A stretch of DNA of 64,000 nucleotides from Terriglobia bacterium (GCA_963695545.1 OY968796.1:160001-224000); one strand, 5' to 3'. Positions 50,802 to 60,470 are shown, numbered from the stretch's first letter. Numbers and translations are program-made. The notes: generated by a model not told the origin, from the letters alone.

Positions 50802-50924
50802 ATGAAGGCCCAAATCCAGAAGACCACAATCTGCTGCTGCGACGCGACGTGCTGCTGTTGCGCGTGTTGTTGTGCAGTTTGTTGTTGTACGCCCGCGTCT
50901 TCTGGGTGGATCCTGACGAGCTAG
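50802..50924 (+). CDS. Poly-cysteine leader peptide, 40 aa (MKAQIQKTTICCCDATCCCCACCCAVCCCTPASSGWILTS)
   Basis: 13 Cys in four runs; TTGAGA-N16-GATACT ends 10 nt before the ATG; followed by a terminator, then sat. Confidence 0.85.
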   Translation: MKAQIQKTTICCCDATCCCCACCCAVCCCTPASSGWILTS

Positions 50925-50950
50925 AACCACAACAGCTCAATCGCAGTCAG

Positions 50951-50995
50951 AGCCCACCGCCAGAAGACGACCTGGCAGGTGGGTTTTTTGTTTTT
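50951..50995 (+). terminator. Attenuator terminator upstream of sat
   Basis: GCCCACCGCCAG-AAGACGAC-CTGGC(A)GGTGGGT followed by TTTTTGTTTTT. Confidence 0.85.
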
Positions 50996-51028
50996 ACGAG
51001 CAAGTTTTTCGACCCAGGAGAGCCCTTG

Positions 51029-52231
51029 ATGACCGCTGCCACCGAGACATCGAACATCGCCGCGCATGGCGGCAAGCTGGTCAATCGCGTCATTGCGCCC
51101 GAAGCGCGCCAAGAAGCCCGCGCCCGCGCCGCATCGCTGCGCGCCGTGCCCATCGGCGCTCGCGAGGCAAGTGAACTCCTGCTGATGGCGACCGGCGCGT
51201 TCAGTCCGCTCGAAGGTTTTCAAACCAAAGCCGCCGCGCAATCCGTGGTCGATAAAATGTCGCTCCCCGACGGCACACTCTGGCCGCTGCCCATCCTCTT
51301 GCATCTCGCGCCTGCCGAAGCCAACGACGTGCGCGTCGGCGAACGCGTGGCGCTCACGCTCGATGGCGAACCGCTGGCCACGCTCGACGTCGAAGATCGC
51401 TTCACCGTGCCGCGCGAAGAATGGGCCCCGAAAATTTTCGGCACGAGCGATGCCGCGCACCCCGGTGTTGCGGCGCTGAACAACGCGGGCGAAATCGCGC
51501 TCGGCGGAAAAATCGAGTGGCTCGGCGAGCCAACCCTCCCCGGACTCCCCGTGCAATGGCGCACGCCCACGGAAACGCGCGCCGAAATCAGATCGCGCGG
51601 CTGGTCCACCGTGGCCGGATTCCAAACCCGCAATCCCGTGCATCGCGCGCACGAACACGTTCTGCGCATCGCGCTCGAAGTCACCGACGGCCTGCTGCTG
51701 CATCCGCTTGTCGGCGAAACGCGCGCCGAGGATATTCCCGCCGACATCCGCATGCGCTGCTATCAAGCGCTGCTCGACAATTACCTTCCGCAAAAATACG
51801 TGATGTTCACCGTGCTGCCAGCCTTCATGCGCTATGCCGGTCCGCGCGAAGCCATTTTTCACGCGCTGGTGCGCAAGAATTTCGGATGCACCCACTTTTT
51901 AGTCGGCCGCGATCACGCCGGCGTCGGCGGCTACTACGGCCCCTACGACGCGCACAAATTGGTGCGCTCGGTGGCTGGACGCGGCCTCGGTATCCAGCCG
52001 ATCTTTTTCGACGAAGTTTTTTATTGCAATCGCTGCGGCTCGATGGCCAGCCGCAAAACCTGCGCGCATCCCGACGACGCGCATCTCAGCCTGAGCGGCA
52101 CCGAAGTGCGCCGCCGCCTGCGCGAAGGTTTGCCTCTGCCCGTCGAGTTCACTCGTCCCGAAGTCGCGGCCGTGTTGTCGGAAGCATTCCGCGAAACCAC
52201 CGAAGCCGGCCAGGAGACACGACGTGGTTGA
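51029..52231 (+). CDS. sat: Sulfate adenylyltransferase (ATP sulfurylase)
   Basis: GAFSPLEGF, FQTRNPVHRAHE, MRYAGPREA, VGRDHAGVG; AGGAG RBS. Confidence 0.95.
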   Translation: MTAATETSNIAAHGGKLVNRVIAPEARQEARARAASLRAVPIGAREASELLLMATGAFSPLEGFQTKAAAQSVVDKMSLPDGTLWPLPILLHLAPAEANDVRVGERVALTLDGEPLATLDVEDRFTVPREEWAPKIFGTSDAAHPGVAALNNAGEIALGGKIEWLGEPTLPGLPVQWRTPTETRAEIRSRGWSTVAGFQTRNPVHRAHEHVLRIALEVTDGLLLHPLVGETRAEDIPADIRMRCYQALLDNYLPQKYVMFTVLPAFMRYAGPREAIFHALVRKNFGCTHFLVGRDHAGVGGYYGPYDAHKLVRSVAGRGLGIQPIFFDEVFYCNRCGSMASRKTCAHPDDAHLSLSGTEVRRRLREGLPLPVEFTRPEVAAVLSEAFRETTEAGQETRRG

Positions 52232-52994
52232 AATTCTACTTGGTCTCGTCGGCGGGATTCTTGTCGGCGCAACCGGCTCGGGCTTCGGCACGGTGATTAC
52301 GCCCGTGCTCTTGCTGCTGGGCTACCGTCCGGGCGTGGCCATCGGAACCACGCTGGGCGTGCTCGTGGCCACGAAATTCGTCGGCACCGTCACCCATCAT
52401 CAAATGGGCCACTGGCCGCGCCAGCACGTCTGGCTCTTGCTGGCTGGCGGCGTGGGCGGCGCGCTCGTCGCCGGTTTCGCCGCGACTGCCTGGTTGCCCG
52501 CGATGCACGATGGAAATAAATTGCTCGAGCGTTTCGTCGGAGCCGCCCTGCTCGGTCTCGCTGCATTTATTTTTGGACAAGAACTATGGAGGCGATACGG
52601 CCAGGAGCCACTCCTGCCCGATGCGATTCCCAAGGACCGCGGCGGCCCCATGACTCTTTTCGCCGTCGGCATTGGCACGGGCGCGGCGGTCACACTCACC
52701 GCGGCAGGTTCCGGCAGCGTTCTCGTGCCTGCGCTCGCGCTGGTCACGAATTGGAGCACCGCACAATTGGCCGCGGCCAGTAACTTATTCGGCTGGGTTG
52801 TGGGTGCGATCGGAGTTCTTTTGTTTTCGCACGCCGGCGCGTTCGCCTGGCCGCTGTTCGCAAAGGTCTTGATCGGAACGCTGCCGGGAATTTACTTCGG
52901 TGCGCTGGCTTCGCGCCACATCAAGCGCGGCTGGTTGCTCCGCGGCGTGGCGTTGATCGCGGTGATTCTAGGAGTTCGACTGATTTTCCGTTAA
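52224..52994 (+). CDS. TauE/SafE (TSUP) sulfur-oxyanion transporter
   Basis: Multi-TM protein with duplicated GxGxG..P motifs; lies between sat and cysH. Confidence 0.82.
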   Translation: MVEILLGLVGGILVGATGSGFGTVITPVLLLLGYRPGVAIGTTLGVLVATKFVGTVTHHQMGHWPRQHVWLLLAGGVGGALVAGFAATAWLPAMHDGNKLLERFVGAALLGLAAFIFGQELWRRYGQEPLLPDAIPKDRGGPMTLFAVGIGTGAAVTLTAAGSGSVLVPALALVTNWSTAQLAAASNLFGWVVGAIGVLLFSHAGAFAWPLFAKVLIGTLPGIYFGALASRHIKRGWLLRGVALIAVILGVRLIFR

Positions 52995-53034
52995 AATTTC
53001 AAAATCATTTTCTAACAAGGAGAAACGAAGCGAT

Positions 53035-53730
53035 ATGGATACGCTCCAGCAGGAAGCCGTAGCTCAGCAGCAAGCGGCCGAATCGTGGAATGCGGCCGAA
53101 CTCATCAAGTGGGGACTTGAGCGATTTGGCTCGACGCTCGGAATCGCCTCGAGCTTCGGCGCCGAAGACGTCGTCTTGGTCGAGCTCGCGGCGCGCGCCG
53201 GAATTCCCTATCGCGTCTTCACCCTGGACACCGATTTTCTTTTTCCCGAAACCTACACGCTGATCGAAGGCACGGAGAAGAAGTACGGCATCCACATCGA
53301 GCGCGCTCGTCCGCTGCTCACGCCCGATGAACAGGTCGCCAAGCACGGCGAAGCACTTTGGTCCCGCGAACCAAACCTGTGTTGCTCGATCCGCAAAGTC
53401 GAGCCGCTCAAGAAATCTCTCTCCGGCTTTCAGGCCTGGATCACCGGCATTCGCCGCGATCAAACCCCGCAGCGCGCCAACGCCAAGAAGGTCGATTGGG
53501 ACGCCGGCTTCGGCCTCGTGAAAATTAATCCGCTCGCCGATTGGACTTCCGATCAGGTTTGGGATTTCATTCGCGAGAACAAAATTCCCTACAACGCGCT
53601 CCACGACAATCATTACCCGAGCATCGGCTGCACCTATTGCACGCGCCAGGTTATGCCCGGCGAAGATCCGCGCGCGGGCCGCTGGGCCGGTTTCGCGAAG
53701 ACCGAGTGCGGTCTGCACGCGAAAGAATAG
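53035..53730 (+). CDS. cysH: Assimilatory APS/PAPS reductase, Fe-S (APS reductase) type
   Basis: SSFGAED, LDT, CCSIRKVEPL, SIGCTYCT, ECGLH. Confidence 0.93.
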   Translation: MDTLQQEAVAQQQAAESWNAAELIKWGLERFGSTLGIASSFGAEDVVLVELAARAGIPYRVFTLDTDFLFPETYTLIEGTEKKYGIHIERARPLLTPDEQVAKHGEALWSREPNLCCSIRKVEPLKKSLSGFQAWITGIRRDQTPQRANAKKVDWDAGFGLVKINPLADWTSDQVWDFIRENKIPYNALHDNHYPSIGCTYCTRQVMPGEDPRAGRWAGFAKTECGLHAKE

Positions 53731-53755
53731 TTTTTACAACTCGAAGGTATTCTCA

Positions 53756-53808
53756 AGTCCGAGGCGCGCGCCGCAATTCTCTGCGACGCGCGCCTTGGGC
53801 TTTCTTTA
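53756..53808 (+). terminator. Intrinsic terminator after cysH
   Basis: AGTCCGAGGCGCGCG...CGCGCGCCTTGGGCT followed by TTCTTT. Confidence 0.7.
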
Positions 53809-53835
53809 CGCTGCGCATTCGATAATAATTCGCGA

Positions 53836-54705
53836 ATGCCGCCTCGTGACCTGCCCCTCGCCGGCTTCAACGGCTTGACCGTGCTCGCGCTCGAAAGCCG
53901 CCGCGCGCCCGAAACTGCCAAACTCATCTCGGCTCACGGAGGCCGACCCATCGTCGCGCCCGCGCTGCGCGAAATTCCGCTCGCTTCAAATGTAAAAGCT
54001 CTGGAATTTGTCGACGCGCTGATCGATGGACAATTTGACATGACCATTCTTCTCACCGGCGTCGGTACGCGCGCGCTCGTCGGCATCGCCGAAAGCGCCG
54101 GCAAGCGCGAACCATTTCTTGCGGCGCTGCGCCGCGTCACGATTGTCGCGCGCGGTCCGAAACCCCTCGCGGTCCTGCGTGAACTAAATATTCCCGCGAG
54201 CGTCGCCGCGCCGGAACCGAACACTTGGCGCGAACTTCTGGCCGCGCTCGATGCAGCGGCCGCGCAATTTCCCGTTCGCGGTCGCCGCGTTGCCGTGCAG
54301 GAATACGGCGTATCGAATCCCGAGCTCCTCGCAGCGCTCGCCGAGCGCGGCGCCGAAGTCACGCCCGTACCCGTTTATCAATGGGCGCTGCCGGAAAATC
54401 TCGAGCCTCTTCGCGCCGCAATTTCCGCCATCGGCCGCGACGAAATCGATGTCGTGCTATTCACGACGAGCGTCCAGGTGGACCACATCTTTGAAGTCGC
54501 CGCCCAAATGAACGCGGTACACGCGCTCCGGCGCGGCCTCGCGCGCACTGTGATCGCGTCAATCGGACCAACCACGACCGAGGCGCTCCTCCGTCACGAT
54601 TTGACGCCAGATCTTGAGCCCTCGCACCCCAAACTCGGCGTCTTAGTCGCAGAGGCCGCGGACCAAAGCCCCGCCCTGCTCGCACCGAAACGCGATCTTC
54701 CATAG
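53836..54705 (+). CDS. hemD: Uroporphyrinogen-III synthase (HemD-like)
   Basis: ARGPK, VPVYQW, FTTSVQV, SIGPTT. Confidence 0.75.
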   Translation: MPPRDLPLAGFNGLTVLALESRRAPETAKLISAHGGRPIVAPALREIPLASNVKALEFVDALIDGQFDMTILLTGVGTRALVGIAESAGKREPFLAALRRVTIVARGPKPLAVLRELNIPASVAAPEPNTWRELLAALDAAAAQFPVRGRRVAVQEYGVSNPELLAALAERGAEVTPVPVYQWALPENLEPLRAAISAIGRDEIDVVLFTTSVQVDHIFEVAAQMNAVHALRRGLARTVIASIGPTTTEALLRHDLTPDLEPSHPKLGVLVAEAADQSPALLAPKRDLP

Positions 54706-54833
54706 CAATCCAGCCTTCATAAACGAATGATTAAAGGAGGGTTAATCCCCGCGGCAGTAGGCTTCAAAATTCCGGTTAGATGCAACGAAGACTTGAATTG
54801 GACACTTTTTCCACAGCCCGGCTAAAATTGTAC

Positions 54834-55655
54834 ATGGACACCACCGCAGTGACCCCCATTGAAGTACAAGGTGCAGTTCAACCCGAAATCCTAACCATAG
54901 ACTTCGATTTCTTACTCGAGATCACCAGCCGCATCGCCGCCGCCGATGCTGTCGACAAAGTGCTCGGGCGCGTGGTGGATTTTGTTTCCACGCTGGTGAA
55001 ATGCGATTCCTGTTTTATCTACATCCTGGAAGGCACTGACCTGGTGCTGCGTGCCTCGAAAAATCCGCATCCGGATATTATCGGCCGACTGCGTCTTTCG
55101 GTCGGCCAGGGCATCACCGGCTGGGTCGCCGAGCACAGAGAACCCGTGACCGTCGCGCGGCACGCCTCAAAAGATCCGCGCTTCAAAGTGTTCCACGAGC
55201 TGCCGGAAGATAGCTTTGAGGCGTTTCTCTCGGTTCCAGTGCTCTGCCGCGGACGTCTGGTCGGCGTCATAAACATCCAGCACAAACAGCCTCACCATCA
55301 CAGCAAGCGGCAGATCCAATTGATTTCTACGATCGGCTTTCTGGTCGGCGCGGAAATCGAAATGGCGCGCCTCGAAGGCGAAAATTCCGAATTGAACGAG
55401 CAGCTCGAGACGCGCAAAGTTGTCGAGCGCGCCAAGGGAATTCTCCAGCGCGAACTTCGCATCACCGAGGAAGAGGCTTATCTTTCGCTGCGCAAACAGA
55501 GCCGCCAGCGGCGCATGCCCATGAAGGAAATCGCCGCGGCCATCGTCTTGAGCGACGAAGTGCAGCGGGGCAGAAGTCCCGTGGCGAACGCTCGACCGGT
55601 TCGCGCCGAAAACGAGCCTGGCACGCGCCGCCCGAGCGGCGTACACCCGTCGTGA
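54834..55655 (+). CDS. GAF + ANTAR domain RNA-binding regulator
   Basis: GAF (GQGITGWVA, DPRF, LSVP, GVIN) plus ANTAR (LETRKVVERAKGIL...EEEAY..LRKQS). Confidence 0.9.
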   Translation: MDTTAVTPIEVQGAVQPEILTIDFDFLLEITSRIAAADAVDKVLGRVVDFVSTLVKCDSCFIYILEGTDLVLRASKNPHPDIIGRLRLSVGQGITGWVAEHREPVTVARHASKDPRFKVFHELPEDSFEAFLSVPVLCRGRLVGVINIQHKQPHHHSKRQIQLISTIGFLVGAEIEMARLEGENSELNEQLETRKVVERAKGILQRELRITEEEAYLSLRKQSRQRRMPMKEIAAAIVLSDEVQRGRSPVANARPVRAENEPGTRRPSGVHPS

Positions 55656-55700
55656 AATTCTAAATTCGCGAACGGCTGGCTTGCGATTCTGAAAGGCCGC

Positions 55701-56639
55701 TTAGGACTCTGACAAACTGATGTTTCGCTCGGCGGCGCTTGCGTCGTAAGGATTCTCGGAAGTCTCTTCGGCGAAGTCCCCGGCCACTTCGCCCGAAAAC
55801 TGTTCGGCAAATTGCAGTTCGGCGCGGCTCTCGAACGCGGCAGCGGCCGCCAGCGCAATTTCCGGTGCCTCCGCGATTCCGGCCCTGGCCCCGGCCTTCT
55901 CCACAGAAGCCCAATCGCGCGCGGCCATCGCGCGGTCTGCTGCGACGGCGCCAATTACCAGCAGAGCCGGCGCGCCTAGCGTCGGCGCAAGCGCCACTTC
56001 TCCGAGCGTCATCCGCGCAACTTTCTGTTCGCGCCGCGACGCGCAAGAAATCACCGCGCACGGCGTATCCGGAGAAAGCCCGCCGTCGACAAGCTCCTCG
56101 ACGCGCCCGGCGACGTTCGGCCCCGGCATGTACACCGCCAGCGTCGTGTCCTCATCCGCCAGATGCGCCCATCCAGCGCCGGATTTCTCGCGCGTGTGAT
56201 GATTGCTCACCAGAATCAACTTCGATGCCAGGCGCCGGTCCGTCAGCGCGACTTGCGCCACCGCCGCCGCGCCCAGCGCCGCTGTCACGCCCGGCACGAT
56301 CTCAAATTCGATTCCCGCGTGCGCGAGCGCATCCATTTCTTCGCCCGCGCGGCCGAAAATCAGCGGATCCCCGCCCTTCAGGCGCACCACGGCCAACCCC
56401 TGGCGCGCATAATCCACCAGGCGCCGCTCGATTTCCGATTGAGTAATCGATTCCTTGCCGCAGCGCTTGCCTACGTTCTGCACCCGCGCCCCGGCCGGGG
56501 CCAGCGCCAGAATCTCGAGCGGCACAAGATCGTCGTGCAAAATCGCGTCCGCCACGCGCAACAGGCGCGCCGCCTTCAGCGTCAGCAATTCGGGATCGCC
56601 GGGTCCCGCGCCGATCAAATACACCTTGCCGGGAATCAC
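55701..56639 (-). CDS. cobA: Uroporphyrinogen-III C-methyltransferase
   Basis: VYLIGAGPGDPELLT, RLKGGDP..FGR.GEE, VPGVTA. Probable GTG start. Confidence 0.92.
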   Translation of the reverse strand: MIPGKVYLIGAGPGDPELLTLKAARLLRVADAILHDDLVPLEILALAPAGARVQNVGKRCGKESITQSEIERRLVDYARQGLAVVRLKGGDPLIFGRAGEEMDALAHAGIEFEIVPGVTAALGAAAVAQVALTDRRLASKLILVSNHHTREKSGAGWAHLADEDTTLAVYMPGPNVAGRVEELVDGGLSPDTPCAVISCASRREQKVARMTLGEVALAPTLGAPALLVIGAVAADRAMAARDWASVEKAGARAGIAEAPEIALAAAAAFESRAELQFAEQFSGEVAGDFAEETSENPYDASAAERNISLSES

Positions 56640-56944
56640 ATATCCGTGCCTCAACTTCGCTCCTTGCGATGTGTAATACCCATGCTAACACCTGCGCCTA
56701 CTGCACTTACAGCAAAAAGCAGCGGCGCAAACTCAAACGCCCAGCTCTCCCGATTTCCCCGCGTCTAAAACCACGAGTGCTATCATCGCCGTGGGTGGAC
56801 CAAGCACACGAAACAGACTACAGGCTCCGCCGTGGGCGAGACGCACGGATCCATTATCATGGTGCATCGGAAACAAAAAGGAATCCTCGCGCGTATAAAT
56901 AGAGACGGGCGAAGAGTCTTTCTTGACGGCGTGTAGACGAATTC

Positions 56945-58183
56945 ATGAAATCGCGGATCAATCTGCGTGAGCCTATATCCGTGGCGCTTTCCGCGCTTTG
57001 GGAACACAAGCTGCGTTCGTTCCTGATGCTTTTGGGGATAATCCTTTCGGTCTCGACGTTAATCCTGGTGGTCTCTCTGATTTCCGGAGTGAATTTGTAC
57101 ATCGCCGAGCGCGTGGCCAATCTCGGTTCAAATGTTTTTCTCGTGGCGCGCAATCCGATCATCACCGACGTCACCGACCTTGTGAAAGCCAACCGTCGCG
57201 ACAAGAACATCACCTGGGAAGATTACGAGTACCTGCGCGACAACATGAAACTCCCACAGCGCGTGGGCGTCGAAGTGCGCCAGGACGGCCGCGTGCGCCG
57301 CGCCAATCAAACCATCGAGGATTGCAACGTACGCGGAGTGACCGCCACGATCGGAGAGATGGACGTCGAGGAACCCGCCGAGGGCCGCTACATCACCGAG
57401 GCCGACGAGTTGCACCACTCGAGCGTCGCGCTGATTGGGTCCGATGTGGCCGCGAAACTTTTTCCCAATGTCGACCCGCTGGGACGCGAAATTTCGGTCG
57501 ACGAATCGCCCTATCAGGTTGTTGGCGTGGCAAAATCGATCGGCACGGTCTTCGGGCAGTCACAAGACAACTACGTCTACATCCCGATCGAAACATTTCT
57601 TAAAGCCTACGACGTGTCCGATCGCAGCCTGACGATCAACATTCAAGCGCGCGCGCCCGATTGGATGGCGCGCACGGAAGACGAAGCGCGCATGCTCATG
57701 CGCGCCAGGCGTCACCAGTCGCCCGATGCGGACGATGCCTTCGGCATTCTCAGCTCCGGCTCGCTTCTCGATCTGTGGAATCAGCTCACCGGCGCGATTG
57801 CCGCGGCGATGGTCGGCATCGTGTCCGTGTTCCTGGTCATCGGCGGCGTGGTGATCATGAACGTAATGCTCGCGACGGTCACCGAACGCACGCGCGAGAT
57901 CGGCGTGCGCAAAGCCATCGGCGCGCGGCACCGAGACATCCTTTTGCAATTTCTGCTGGAAGCGGGCGTCATGTCCGGCATTGGCGGAACAATTGGCGTC
58001 ACGATTGCCTATAGTTTGGCAAGCTTGATCGGCGCCACGACCGCTGTGCCGATGCACGTACCGCTGGTTGCGGTGATCACCGCGCTCGGCGTATCGACGG
58101 GCGTCGGAGTATTTTTCGGAATTTATCCGGCGCGGCAGGCTGCGAAGTTGAGTCCGATCGAAGCCTTGCGCGCGGAAGTCTAG
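56945..58183 (+). CDS. MacB/FtsX-like ABC transporter permease
   Basis: HKLRSFL..LG, GGVVIMNVML..VTERTREIGVRKAIGA, PIEALR. Confidence 0.9.
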   Translation: MKSRINLREPISVALSALWEHKLRSFLMLLGIILSVSTLILVVSLISGVNLYIAERVANLGSNVFLVARNPIITDVTDLVKANRRDKNITWEDYEYLRDNMKLPQRVGVEVRQDGRVRRANQTIEDCNVRGVTATIGEMDVEEPAEGRYITEADELHHSSVALIGSDVAAKLFPNVDPLGREISVDESPYQVVGVAKSIGTVFGQSQDNYVYIPIETFLKAYDVSDRSLTINIQARAPDWMARTEDEARMLMRARRHQSPDADDAFGILSSGSLLDLWNQLTGAIAAAMVGIVSVFLVIGGVVIMNVMLATVTERTREIGVRKAIGARHRDILLQFLLEAGVMSGIGGTIGVTIAYSLASLIGATTAVPMHVPLVAVITALGVSTGVGVFFGIYPARQAAKLSPIEALRAEV

Positions 58184-58198
58184 GGCGAGGAAACCGCG

Positions 58199-59455
58199 AT
58201 GCCGTTCATGCTCGGCGAAAACGCGAAAATGGCGCTGACAACACTGCGCGAAAATAAAATGCGCTCGTTTCTTACCGTGCTGGGCGTGGTCATCGGAATC
58301 ACTTCGCTGATCGCCGTAGCGTCGATCTTGGTCGGGCTCTATCAGGATGTTGACGCCGTGCTGAATGATTACGGCCCGAACACCCTCTTTATCTTTCGAT
58401 TCGATCCCGGCATCCACATCGGCCCGCTCACGTTTGAAGAGCGCATGCGCAAGCCGCTTTCTCTTGACGATGCGCTCGCGATCCGAGAACTGTGTCCGGA
58501 CGTGAAAATGGTCACCGCCAGCGTAATGCCCGATGTCACCAATCAGAACCAACAACCTGTGAACGCGCTCTACAAAGACCGCGAAGTGGACGGCGTCGAT
58601 TACGAAGGCAACCTCGTCGAGACCGAGGACGTTTTCAATTCCCATCCCGAACGCGGCCGTTTCTACACCGAGGCCGAGGATCTGCACCGCTCCGACGTCG
58701 CCGACATCGGCTACGACGTCGCGCAGGGCCTTTTCGGCGCCGAGAATCCGCTCGATAAGCAAATCATCGTCGCCGGCGTACCCTACGTGGTGATCGGCGT
58801 TTTCGAGAAGCGCAAAGGACAATTTTTCAAAGATCCTCAGGCCGATAAGGAAATTGACGTCCCCTATCGCACTTACGAAAAGCATCACCCGAACGACCAC
58901 GAGAACTTCATCGGCGCCGAAGCCTATCCGGGCCGCATGGCCGAAGCCGAGGACGAAATTCGCGGCGTTCTGCGCCGCAGGCGAAACCTACCCTACGACA
59001 AACCCGACAACTTCGGCATCTCGAGCGCGCAAGAAATTGCCGATCAGTTCCGCCAAATCACCGGATCGGTGGCGCTGCTCACCGCCGTGATCAGTTCGAT
59101 CGGATTGCTGGTGGGCGGCGTGGGCGTAATGAACATCATGCTCATGTCCGTCACGCAGCGCACCCGCGAAATCGGCGTGCGCAAAGCCATCGGCGCGCGC
59201 AAACGAGACATCATCTGGCAATTCCTCACCGAAGCTATGGTGCTGACGGGCGCGGGCGGCGTGATCGGCGTGCTCTGCGGAGTCGGAATCAGCATGCTGA
59301 TAAATGCGCTCGCGCCCAACCTGCCCTCGAGCGTTCCTCTATGGGCCGTGATTTTGGCTACTGTCGTCTCGATGGGTGTCGGCTTGTTCTTTGGAATGTA
59401 TCCCGCGATCAAAGCCGCCAGACTCGACCCTGTCGTCGCCCTGCGCTACGAATAG
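58199..59455 (+). CDS. MacB/FtsX-like ABC transporter permease
   Basis: NKMRSFLTVLG, GGVGVMNIMLMSVTQRTREIGVRKA, DPVVALRYE. Confidence 0.9.
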   Translation: MPFMLGENAKMALTTLRENKMRSFLTVLGVVIGITSLIAVASILVGLYQDVDAVLNDYGPNTLFIFRFDPGIHIGPLTFEERMRKPLSLDDALAIRELCPDVKMVTASVMPDVTNQNQQPVNALYKDREVDGVDYEGNLVETEDVFNSHPERGRFYTEAEDLHRSDVADIGYDVAQGLFGAENPLDKQIIVAGVPYVVIGVFEKRKGQFFKDPQADKEIDVPYRTYEKHHPNDHENFIGAEAYPGRMAEAEDEIRGVLRRRRNLPYDKPDNFGISSAQEIADQFRQITGSVALLTAVISSIGLLVGGVGVMNIMLMSVTQRTREIGVRKAIGARKRDIIWQFLTEAMVLTGAGGVIGVLCGVGISMLINALAPNLPSSVPLWAVILATVVSMGVGLFFGMYPAIKAARLDPVVALRYE

Positions 59456-59572
59456 CGCAATTCCTTGCGCGATTCGAGCCGTTGCGCGGCCGCGCGAGCG
59501 GATGTACATTCCTCGCGCCTTAGTGCTTGAAACTGGAAATTTAGATCGACAACTTTTAAGGGAGAAAACAAC

Positions 59573-59854
59573 ATGGTTCGGACAGGATCAATGTTTCGAG
59601 TTTTTTTCGTCGTGGCGCTTCTCTGCGTTGGAGTGGTGTACGCCCAAAATAAACCCGTCAACACGATCAACGCCAAGGTCAACCCAAATCTGGCCGCGGC
59701 TCAGGCGCACATCCTTCAGGCCTGGGATTTTGTCGGTGTAGCTCAGGTGCAGAACCACTACGACATGCAAGACCATGCCGTGAATGCCAAAGTCTATCTT
59801 GATAAGGCCGCGAGTGAAATTGACCTGGCAGCAAAACTCGCCGACGCAAAGTAG
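59573..59854 (+). CDS. Small secreted helical protein, tandem paralog 1
   Basis: GGGAG RBS, signal peptide, PNLAAAQ...AW...DM..HA.NAK. Confidence 0.75.
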   Translation: MVRTGSMFRVFFVVALLCVGVVYAQNKPVNTINAKVNPNLAAAQAHILQAWDFVGVAQVQNHYDMQDHAVNAKVYLDKAASEIDLAAKLADAK

Positions 59855-60043
59855 CTAATTGACACGCTCCAGGTTTGCTGAGCGCGCCTCGCCCCGCGCT
59901 GGCGCCGGCGTGTCTCCGGGCGAACACAGAGCCGTGCTCGTCTCTCCGCCATTGCGAGGCCGCGCTGTCGGATGTACATTGTCGGCCGCTCGAGAATTGA
60001 ACGCTGGCAAATCCTAGTGGCAACCTTGAAGGGGGAAAACGAC

Positions 60044-60334
60044 ATGGTTCGTACGGGCACAATGCTGCGAGTATTTTTCGTGTTGGCACTTTTCTGCGTC
60101 GGTGTCGCATATGCGCAATCCACCAAGCCCATCCAGGACGTCAACGCCAAGATCAGCCCGAATTTGGCCGCTGCTCAGCAATATATGATGGACGCCTGGA
60201 ACAAACTCAATTTGTCCCAGGCGATCAACAACGGCGACATGAATAACCACGCCGCAAATGCCAAAAACTTGCTGGTTCAGGCCAGCAGCGAAGTAAGTGC
60301 GGCTGCAAAAGCCGCCTACGCCAACACGAAATAA
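60044..60334 (+). CDS. Small secreted helical protein, tandem paralog 2
   Basis: MVRTGTMLRVFFV... near-identical N-terminus and the same motifs as paralog 1. Confidence 0.75.
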   Translation: MVRTGTMLRVFFVLALFCVGVAYAQSTKPIQDVNAKISPNLAAAQQYMMDAWNKLNLSQAINNGDMNNHAANAKNLLVQASSEVSAAAKAAYANTK

Positions 60335-60470
60335 CGAAACGGCGTGCGCAAAGAGCTCTGATTTGCGTCCCTCGCAGGGCGGCGCTTGAGGTGTCGGCTG
60401 GCGAACGTCCAGCCGGCGTGTCCTCGAGCGTCCGCCCCGACGGACTATGACGAAAGCGGCGATACGTTTG

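Noticed and set aside
50802..50924. Cys-rich peptide as a metallothionein or RiPP precursor
   Set aside because: Homopolymeric Cys runs, overlap with an antiterminator arm and position before sat fit an attenuator far better; no modifying enzymes are adjacent.
50849..51028. N-terminal extension of sat in the ORF track (MLLLRVLLCSLLL...)
   Set aside because: An alternative frame of the Cys codons running through the terminator; the RBS supports ATG 51029.
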